A stretch of DNA of 64,000 bases. It comes from Laetmonice hystrix (taxonomy: Eukaryota). The position numbers were made by a program, and so were the translations under genes. The number at the start of each line of letters is the position of its first letter. Position 1 is the stretch's first letter. Where the stretch lies: assembly GCA_965235115.1 (NCBI GenBank), contig OZ249436.1:32738001-32802000 (forward strand). The letters run 5' to 3'. Below the pieces are notes generated by a model, which saw nothing but the letters and a program-made list of their open reading frames with translations, made no database searches and was not told where the DNA came from. Positions 50,168 to 61,400 of this stretch are shown here, one piece after another.

Positions 50168-51776
50168 GCGGCGTTTCCGTAGTAGCTCGGGCACATTATA
50201 TGGTATTAAATGTTTTTTCTAGTATAAAACGAAGACCCTCTCCAAATCAGGTGAAATGTCACCAACAATCTCAAAAACTGTTTAAAATTGCAGCTCATTT
50301 TTGAAGAAGTTTGACCTGATTTGAAGAGGGGGTAAACTATAAAACGAAGACCCTGATTAGTTTCCCATTAACCTTATCAGCAGTATAATGTGGGTTGACA
50401 AGGTTTGGTGAAATTACAAGATTACCCCAAAAATTGGGCTTCGTTTTGGGGTCTTAGGTTTTCGTTTTATAGGCTCTTCAGTGCTGATGATCGTAGCGTG
50501 AAAGAACCCTTTTGATAGGGCAGGAGTTAGTGACGTCATAATAATCTGAGCTCGGCATTTTATTGTCAGGAGGTCCCGCCAGAGACCTGAGCGGTCATTA
50601 ACGCCAGAAATTGACAACACTCTGAAATTCACCTTGTCAGTTATCAAGGCTATCCGTCCGAAATTGAACCGAAGTAGACCTAGGTGTCTGACCGTTTCTC
50701 TATCCATTTCTCCATTGGATGTAAACAGGCATGAATACGTCATAACATAAATTAATTTGTGCATTAAACGAAATGGTTCCGTCTCTCTGGAGCCAACAGA
50801 ATGTAGCCGGTTAGAAGCAGTGGAACGTTACTGTAATACCAATCGGACATATAATGATATATGATCGCTATATAGGCCCATGGGGCCCACTCTTCCTCTG
50901 AAGATATATCTTCGGTTGTATCTCGAAGATCGTCATAACCAGTGTGGAGGAGCTCCACCGAGGGCTTGGCGATACCGTAATCTCCAGCCAGTAGCTGCCT
51001 ACACGAGTATATTAAACGAGCACCTCGCTGAGTATCCCGTTTGGCCGGCGTGTTGACGCTCACAGGCCGGGCAAACCCTGTAATGGATCCCCCAGTCGGT
51101 CCCAGGCCAGCCGCCCGCCAAGCCCGCCCTAGTCGTCAGGGCTGTACCAGCAGGACTTCAACACTCTCCGGCCCCAGGACTCCCCCATATCGGCTGTAAA
51201 TCACCAACGGAGCCCGAAGCTCACCGTGCGGCCTGCTGTGTGGTCGTGTCAGACGGCGAAGGAAAACACGCCTCTAACGGGTGCACACCATGTTACATTG
51301 GTGTTCGGTGTCAAAGGTGCCTCATTCCTTTAATTGCTTAAATTTTTCGAGACACTGAACCCATATAATAGGGCTCCATAGCGGCGACTCAAAAGTGAAA
51401 AGTAGAAAAAGGTTAGACCGACGGGAGTAAGTTGTGAGTTTTATTACCAGTAAGTCGCTTCCTTTCTTGACTTCTGAAGCTAGCTTCAAATTACCCCCTC
51501 CCCCCATGCAGTTTTAAGTTACATAATATAAATTTCGGATAAAAAATGTTTAGCGCGTTAATTCAAAATAGACCTATAACCCTAAACTTACCTTAACCCT
51601 AACCGAGGGGCTTTTTGAAACCAACTTCAGATTACCGGGTGTACTTTGAAGCTAGCTTCAGGTTACCCCCCGGTAATCTGATAGGGGGTCATCTGAAATT
51701 GGGACACCTGTACTGTAGAGCGTCGAGCGGGGTTCAGATCTGGCACCAATGTTGTGATTTATAAGGCATTAATTAA

Positions 51777-52119
51777 AGGTGCTATTCGTCTCGCACAGAA
51801 TGGCATTTCTCCTATCATACATTGTGCACATAGTACTAGAAAAATTTCCTACCGATACCATTGGCCTGATAAACCTTCTATTAGTTTGTGTGCAGCATTT
51901 GAAACCTATCTCGGTGCGCACCGAGATAGAGCCATTTCCTATGGTGGGGCGTGTCAGGGTCTCAACAGGCCTTCTGAGAGAGCCCCATTTGTGCCGTTAT
52001 CCATGAAAAATTTTGATTTCCTTTGTTGTGAATCTTTTTCCATAATAGGTGGGACCACATAAACGTCAACAAAATTAAAAATAATTAAAAATTGAACTTT
52101 TTTTTCACGAATAGCACCT
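51777..52119. mobile_element. 343-bp MITE with TTAA TSD (Kolobok-like)
   Basis: TTAA|AGGTGCTATTCGT ... ACGAATAGCACCT|TTAA, perfect 13-bp TIR. Confidence 0.88.
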
Positions 52120-52465
52120 TTAAGTCATCGTTGCGCCAAAAGATCTGTTCGAAATAAACCATCTTTCAACGTGCAGGTTTAAACCAAGGTGTGACGAAAA
52201 ACCGGGGAAACTATTATGTTACGGTGCAGCGTGGACAACGTTGGTTGCAGGTTTTGGAAACCATCGATTATTCACGTATAACATCACATCATCCTTGTTT
52301 GAATCTGGCGTCAAGATGCGGTAAATAAATTGATATAGATTGGAGCGTATTGCACTTGGAAACTATACAGACGAAACACACTTGTGAACAGGATTAAATG
52401 TAAATCTGCCTGATAAACTGATGAAGAATCAGTCTCCCGCATCGAGCACGAGAACCCAGGTTTTT

Positions 52466-55400
52466 GCTAAATGTAACCACCACATCCTTGTACCGGATAG
52501 CATATACAATACACACATGGTAACAGATTATGATTAAATTATTACCATTGCCGATATATAGTGAGTGCTCCCCCTTTCAATTTATAATGTTTCATTCGAC
52601 GCTTCAGTGATATCTAGAGAAGGTATGCAAGCTGAAGCCATGACGACTTGCCGGCTTGGCTGGATGACAAAATTAATGTCGCCCTATCGATATGTTAGGA
52701 TCGAGGGGCGAGGCGGGAGGGGGCGGGGACCACAGGGTTATTTTGATTAAGACAAACCGACGACACCTGCTGCCAGAAATAAGGCTGGGGTCGGTGAGAA
52801 GCGTTCGCACCAGTCTCATTACGCAGGCATCACTGTTGAGGACTATCACTATACCACTCACTCAGGCCAAGATTTTCAAGGGGGTGGGGGCTAGGAGGGG
52901 GGGGGGGGGTTGTGGAGTGGACAATTCTAACACTTTGGCCCATAATATCAAAGCCCTCTCCCGACCGGCTTTGTAGTTAGTATACTTGTGGAATCTTCTA
53001 CACCCCCTGTTGCTGTTTTTAGTATAAACCGGCAAATTAACATGTGACTAAATCAAAACTATAGCAAAATGGCAGGAATGTATGCCTAACGCTGACAACA
53101 TGAAATTCAGAAGATGTAAACATATACATTAAATTGGCGCACTCCAGTTTTTCTCCCATGATGGAGGGACATCTTGTGCAGCGACCCTGCCTGCTTCCTG
53201 TCAGATAGAAGAGCATCTCATCCGTGGTTCGACAGAGTTGACAAGGCATAGAGGTCTACGAAACTTCTTCTTATGACCCCGTCACATCGGGGCTACGGGC
53301 GCATCCGGCATGATCCATGGTCCGATCCGGCGTGATCCGGGATGTTTCGTAGCTACCCGTGGTCCGTAGCGGCCTTTCGATCCGTGGAAAAGTTTTGGAC
53401 ATGTTTAAATAAAAAATCGATTTCGACCACGGATACAAACCCCGTAGCGGACCCGTAGCAACCCGTATAGATGACCCGTAGAAACCTGTAGACGATATGT
53501 ATAGCAACCCTTAGTGGGCACTTAGCGCTTGCCTAGTAAGCCGTGATCACGTGATCGCTGACGGATTCACTACGGGTTGCTAGGTATAGGAACGGATCAC
53601 ACCAAGTGTTGGTACGTAGACCTATCTACTACGACTTGAGGGCGTACTACGGGTGGTAGCCTACGTACTGTGGCGGGTTGGTATGGCTTAATTGCTATGG
53701 GTTGCTACGAATCAAGCTGGCCAACGCGTGGGTCACGTGGTGACGCTTGCCTATTGGCGAGCATCCCAACCTGTTCAATCCGTAATAACACGTCGGAGAT
53801 ACGGAGATACGGATCATTCCAAACCGTCATGTGATCCGGGAAAGTGTGACGGGGACTTTACAAACTCATCCTGTTGGCTTGTCACCTCATGTTCGACTAT
53901 CAAGGTCACTGGCAGACATTGTCGAATCCTGACACGAGTTTGACCGCTGGACCGACACATTGACTGACATAGTTAATTTCCGTATCCCTCTATAATGTTT
54001 ATCCTTGTCTTATTAGCATGCATTGTTTGTCGAAAACCTGAGGTTCATTGAGGTTAGCGAGGTTAATGCTGTTCGAGAAATTCACATCTGTCTGATGCAT
54101 GTGTCCCGCTTATGGTGCATGAGAGAGATAATGCATCATGTGTTATTGGATATTTTCGCTTCGCTGGGACACTCGGGAGCCAGGAAATATTTAGACTTCC
54201 CTTGCATACGAAGATGTAATACGTAAGGGAGCCTTGATGCTTGATGCCTATAGGATAAAAACAGATAGGATAGAAATCATGTCGTAGGTGCGAGGGTGGG
54301 TATAACGTACCACGAGTGGCACCTTCACAGCTCCTCGCCTCCGGCAGGATCTTCTCCAGAATAGTTTAGTTTTTGTACCAGTAGAGCCCGCGAGAACAGA
54401 CTGGCTTTCGTTTGCCCCCATTATACCTCATGTGTATTGTTTATTATGCTGATAAACAATTTCTTATAAAAAAATAATAAGCTGTCCTTGTGGCCATTAT
54501 TTGATTCATGGCTGCGAATACGCTGTGATACCATGTAGTCACTGAGAGACCATACAGATCCGACAGAACCAGGCAATCAGACGTTCCTGAGCGTTCATAT
54601 CGCCAGGCAGTTTTTACGTCTGTGCCACACGACTCGTGTGACGTGTGAACTCTATGCTGATCTCTGTCGCACTCAGCAGGAACGTGGTATAACAATCTCA
54701 GACATAGACAACTGCACGCCAATATGGAAAACGGCAACCTTTTTTTCCTTAGGAAGACAAATTGACAGATTGTACATTTTGAGTGACGTGATTGGGACAG
54801 GGATTATTATTATAAGTGAAGCGACGGGGTTTCTTCACGAGATAAATTATCAGTTCATGTCGCTTCGAGACATCTTTTTGTGACGGACATGTTAAGTCTG
54901 GACTAATCCTTCACGGTGGTTGTGGAGGGGAAGTTCCCATCAGAGAGCAGGCGTGACTGAAGCAATGACAGTTTACCGCCTGCTCATGGTAAATAGTTGG
55001 CATATTTCCATTAGCGAGGCCTGTAGGTCCCTAAAATAGCTTCCGCTTTCTGAAGCAGGTTGAGTTCCTGTATCGCTCCAAATGAACGAGGATATTTCAG
55101 TCTCCATTAAACACGGTTTGTATATAGTTCAACAGGATACTACAGATAGATCTGTCAGTTCTGTTCCATGGAAACTGATATTCGGAATTATCAGGTTAAA
55201 ATAACAATAATCTCACTTGTGTTACTCTTACACTGGCGCTTATCTCGGGGGGTTAGTATCTATGCTGTCATGATAAGGTCAAAAGCAGAAACAAAACTCC
55301 AGCCATGAAGCCCATGAAGTTTTATTATTACTATGTAGTCGTCAAATTAAGTACTGGGCCGACCAAGAGGAACGGTGCGGTGTTTTGTCGTATGTTAAAG

Positions 55401-58400
55401 GAACTATTGAAGAAACCATCAATTGGAGTAGAGAGGGCTAAAGAGATTTGAATAAGTAAAAAGTAAAAGGGGCCTATTTTCTCTCACGTCTCCAGCTAAA
55501 TGTAACCACCACATCCTTGTACCGGATAGCATATACAATACACACATGGTAACAGATTATGATTAAATTATTACCATTGCCGATATATAGTGAGTGCTCC
55601 CCCTTTCAATTTATAATGTTTCATTCGACGCTTCAGTGATATCTAGAGAAGGTATGCAAGCTGAAGCCATGACGACTTGCCGGCTTGGCTGGATGACAAA
55701 ATTAATGTCGCCCTATCGATATGTTAGGATCGAGGGGCGAGGCGGGAGGGGGCGGGGACCACAGGGTTATTTTGATTAAGACAAACCGACGACACCTGCT
55801 GCCAGAAATAAGGCTGGGGTCGGTGAGAAGCGTTCGCACCAGTCTCATTACGCAGGCATCACTGTTGAGGACTATCACTATACCACTCACTCAGGCCAAG
55901 ATTTTCAAGGGGGTGGGGGCTAGGAGGGGGGGGGGTTGTGGAGTGGACAATTCTAACACTTTGGCCCATAATATCAAAGCCCTCTCCCGACCGGCTTTGT
56001 AGTTAGTATACTTGTGGAATCTTCTACACCCCCTGGGGGCTTGTTAGCCCCCCGTAGCTGTTTTTAGTATAAACCGGCAAATTAACATGTGACTAAATCA
56101 AAACTATAGCAAAATGGCAGGAATGTATGCCTAACGCTGACAACATGAAATTCAGAAGATGTAAACATATACATCAAATTGGCGCACTCCAGTTTTTCTC
56201 CCATGATGGAGGGACATCTTGTGCAGCGACCCTGCCTGCTTCCTGTCAGATAGAAGAGCATCTCATCCGTGGTTCGACAGAGTTGACAAGGCATAGAGGT
56301 CTACGAAACTTCTTCTTATGACCCCGTCACATCGGGGCTACGGGCGCATCCGGCATGATCCATGGTCCGATCCGGCGTGATCCGGGATGTTTCGTAGCTA
56401 CCCGTGGTCCGTAGCGGCCTTTCGATCCGTGGAAAAGTTTTGGACATGTTTAAATAAAAAATCGATTTCGACCACGGATACAAACCCCGTAGCGGACCCG
56501 TAGCAACCCGTATAGATGACCCGTAGAAACCTGTAGACGATATGTATAGCAACCCTTAGTGGGCACTTAGCGCTTGCCTAGTAAGCCGTGATCACGTGAT
56601 CGCTGACGGATTCACTACGGGTTGCTAGGTATAGGAACGGATCACACCAAGTGTTGGTACGTAGACCTATCTACTACGACTTGAGGGCGTACTACGGGTG
56701 GTAGCCTACGTACTGTGGCGGGTTGGTATGGCTTAATTGCTATGGGTTGCTACGAATCAAGCTGGCCAACGCGTGGGTCACGTGGTGACGCTTGCCTATT
56801 GGCGAGCATCCCAACCTGTTCAATCCGTAATAACACGTCGGAGATACGGAGATACGGATCATTCCAAACCGTCATGTGATCCGGGAAAGTGTGACGGGGA
56901 CTTTACAAACTCATCCTGTTGGCTTGTCACCTCATGTTCGACTATCAAGGTCACTGGGAGACATTGTCGAATCCTGACACGAGTTTGACCGCTGGACCGA
57001 CACATTGACTGACATAGTTAATTTCCGTATCCCTCTATAATGTTTATCCTTGTCTTATTAGCATGCATTGTTTGTCGAAAACCTGAGGTTCATTGAGGTT
57101 AGCGAGGTTAATGCTGTTCGAGAAATTCACATCTGTCTGATGCATGTGTCCCGCTTATGGTGCATGAGAGAGATAATGCATCATGTGTTATTGGATATTT
57201 TCGCTTCGCTGGGACACTCGGGAGCCAGGAAATATTTAGACTTCCCTTGCATACGAAGATGTAATACGTAAGGGAGCCTTGATGCTTGATGCCTATAGGA
57301 TAAAAACAGATAGGATAGAAATCATGTCGTAGGTGCGAGGGTGGGTATAACGTACCACGAGTGGCACCTTCACAGCTCCTCGCCTCCGGCAGGATCTTCT
57401 CCAGAATAGTTTAGTTTTTGTACCAGTAGAGCCCGCGAGAACAGACTGGCTTTCGTTTGCCCCCATTATACCTCATGTGTATTGTTTATTATGCTGATAA
57501 ACAATTTCTTATAAAAAAATAATAAGCTGTCCTTGTGGCCATTATTTGATTCATGGCTGCGAATACGCTGTGATACCATGTAGTCACTGAGAGACCATAC
57601 AGATCCGACAGAACCAGGCAATCAGACGTTCCTGAGCGTTCATATCGCCAGGCAGTTTTTACGTCTGTGCCACACGACTCGTGTGACGTGTGAACTCTAT
57701 GCTGATCTCTGTCGCACTCAGCAGGAACGTGGTATAACAATCTCAGACATAGACAACTGCACGCCAATATGGAAAACGGCAACCTTTTTTTCCTTAGGAA
57801 GACAAATTGACAGATTGTACATTTTGAGTGACGTGATTGGGACAGGGATTATTATTATAAGTGAAGCGACGGGGTTTCTTCACGAGATAAACTATCAGTT
57901 CATGTCGCTTCGAGACATCTTTTTGTGACGGACATGTTAAGTCTGGACTAATCCTTCACGGTGGTTGTGGAGGGGAAGTTCCCATCAGAGAGCAGGCGTG
58001 ACTGAAGCAATGACAGTTTACCGCCTGCTCATGGTAAATAGTTGGCATATTTCCATTAGCGAGGCCTGTAGGTCCCTAAAATAGCTTCCGCTTTCTGAAG
58101 CAGGTTGAGTTCCTGTATCGCTCCAAATGAACGAGGATATTTCAGTCTCCATTAAACACGGTTTGTATATAGTTCAACAGGATACTACAGATAGATCTGT
58201 CAGTTCTGTTCCATGGAAACTGATATTCGGAATTATCAGGTTAAAATAACAATAATCTCACTTGTGTTACTCTTACACTGGCGCTTATCTCGGGGGGTTA
58301 GTATCTATGCTGTCATGATAAGGTCAAAAGCAGAAACAAAACTCCAGCCATGAAGCCCATGAAGTTTTATTATTACTATGTAGTCGTCAAATTAAGTACT

Positions 58401-61400
58401 GGGCCGACCAAGAGGAACGGTGCGGTGTTTTGTCGTATGTTAAAGGAACTATTGAAGAAACCATCAATTGGAGTAGAGAGGGCTAAAGAGATTTGAATAA
58501 GTAAAAAGTAAAAGGGGCCTATTTTCTCTCACGTCTCCAGCTAAATGTAACCACCACATCCTTGTACCGGATAGCATATACAATACACACATGGTAACAG
58601 ATTATGATTAAATTATTACCATTGCCGATATATAGTGAGTGCTCCCCCTTTCAATTTATAATGTTTCATTCGACGCTTCAGTGATATCTAGAGAAGGTAT
58701 GCAAGCTGAAGCCATGACGACTTGCCGGCTTGGCTGGATGACAAAATTAATGTCGCCCTATCGATATGTTAGGATCGAGGGGCGAGGCGGGAGGGGGCGG
58801 GGACCACAGGGTTATTTTGATTAAGACAAACCGACGACACCTGCTGCCAGAAATAAGGCTGGGGTCGGTGAGAAGCGTTCGCACCAGTCTCATTACGCAG
58901 GCATCACTGTTGAGGACTATCACTATACCACTCACTCAGGCCAAGATTTTCAAGGGGGTGGGGGCTAGGAGGGGGGGGGGGGTTGTGGAGTGGACAATTC
59001 TAACACTTTGGCCCATAATATCAAAGCCCTCTCCCGACCGGCTTTGTAGTTAGTATACTTGTGGAATCTTCTACACCCCCTGGGGGCTTGTTAGCCCCCC
59101 GTAGCTGTTTTTAGTATAAACCGGCAAATTAACATGTGACTAAATCAAAACTATAGCAAAATGGCAGGAATGTATGCCTAACGCTGACAACATGAAATTC
59201 AGAAGATGTAAACATATACATCAAATTGGCGCACTCCAGTTTTTCTCCCATGATGGAGGGACATCTTGTGCAGCGACCCTGCCTGCTTCCTGTCAGATAG
59301 AAGAGCATCTCATCCGTGGTTCGACAGAGTTGACAAGGCATAGAGGTCTACGAAACTTCTTCTTATGACCCCGTCACATCGGGGCTACGGGCGCATCCGG
59401 CATGATCCATGGTCCGATCCGGCGTGATCCGGGATGTTTCGTAGCTACCCGTGGTCCGTAGCGGCCTTTCGATCCGTGGAAAAGTTTTGGACATGTTTAA
59501 ATAAAAAATCGATTTCGACCACGGATACAAACCCCGTAGCGGACCCGTAGCAACCCGTATAGATGACCCGTAGAAACCTGTAGACGATATGTATAGCAAC
59601 CCTTAGTGGGCACTTAGCGCTTGCCTAGTAAGCCGTGATCACGTGATCGCTGACGGATTCACTACGGGTTGCTAGGTATAGGAACGGATCACACCAAGTG
59701 TTGGTACGTAGACCTATCTACTACGACTTGAGGGCGTACTACGGGTGGTAGCCTACGTACTGTGGCGGGTTGGTATGGCTTAATTGCTATGGGTTGCTAC
59801 GAATCAAGCTGGCCAACGCGTGGGTCACGTGGTGACGCTTGCCTATTGGCGAGCATCCCAACCTGTTCAATCCGTAATAACACGTCGGAGATACGGAGAT
59901 ACGGATCATTCCAAACCGTCATGTGATCCGGGAAAGTGTGACGGGGACTTTACAAACTCATCCTGTTGGCTTGTCACCTCATGTTCGACTATCAAGGTCA
60001 CTGGCAGACATTGTCGAATCCTGACACGAGTTTGACCGCTGGACCGACACATTGACTGACATAGTTAATTTCCGTATCCCTCTATAATGTTTATCCTTGT
60101 CTTATTAGCATGCATTGTTTGTCGAAAACCTGAGGTTCATTGAGGTTAGCGAGGTTAATGCTGTTCGAGAAATTCACATCTGTCTGATGCATGTGTCCCG
60201 CTTATGGTGCATGAGAGAGATAATGCATCATGTGTTATTGGATATTTTCGCTTCGCTGGGACACTCGGGAGCCAGGAAATATTTAGACTTCCCTTGCATA
60301 CGAAGATGTAATACGTAAGGGAGCCTTGATGCTTGATGCCTATAGGATAAAAACAGATAGGATAGAAATCATGTCGTAGGTGCGAGGGTGGGTATAACGT
60401 ACCACGAGTGGCACCTTCACAGCTCCTCGCCTCCGGCAGGATCTTCTCCAGAATAGTTTAGTTTTTGTACCAGTAGAGCCCGCGAGAACAGACTGGCTTT
60501 CGTTTGCCCCCATTATACCTCATGTGTATTGTTTATTATGCTGATAAACAATTTCTTATAAAAAAATAATAAGCTGTCCTTGTGGCCATTATTTGATTCA
60601 TGGCTGCGAATACGCTGTGATACCATGTAGTCACTGAGAGACCATACAGATCCGACAGAACCAGGCAATCAGACGTTCCTGAGCGTTCATATCGCCAGGC
60701 AGTTTTTACGTCTGTGCCACACGACTCGTGTGACGTGTGAACTCTATGCTGATCTCTGTCGCACTCAGCAGGAACGTGGTATAACAATCTCAGACATAGA
60801 CAACTGCACGCCAATATGGAAAACGGCAACCTTTTTTTCCTTAGGAAGACAAATTGACAGATTGTACATTTTGAGTGACGTGATTGGGACAGGGATTATT
60901 ATTATAAGTGAAGCGACGGGGTTTCTTCACGAGATAAACTATCAGTTCATGTCGCTTCGAGACATCTTTTTGTGACGGACATGTTAAGTCTGGACTAATC
61001 CTTCACGGTGGTTGTGGAGGGGAAGTTCCCATCAGAGAGCAGGCGTGACTGAAGCAATGACAGTTTACCGCCTGCTCATGGTAAATAGTTGGCATATTTC
61101 CATTAGCGAGGCCTGTAGGTCCCTAAAATAGCTTCCGCTTTCTGAAGCAGGTTGAGTTCCTGTATCGCTCCAAATGAACGAGGATATTTCAGTCTCCATT
61201 AAACACGGTTTGTATATAGTTCAACAGGATACTACAGATAGATCTGTCAGTTCTGTTCCATGGAAACTGATATTCGGAATTATCAGGTTAAAATAACAAT
61301 AATCTCACTTGTGTTACTCTTACACTGGCGCTTATCTCGGGGGGTTAGTATCTATGCTGTCATGATAAGGTCAAAAGCAGAAACAAAACTCCAGCCATGA

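Noticed and set aside
50764..51330. GC-rich stretch with short ORFs on both strands
   Set aside because: No recognisable domain or splice structure; unsupported without transcript data.
54739..54883. Strong acceptor-like CCTTTTTTTCCTTAG|G in each 3-kb unit
   Set aside because: Phase-0 reading stops after 9 codons, no convincing donor follows, and the peptide does not resemble a PTB continuation.
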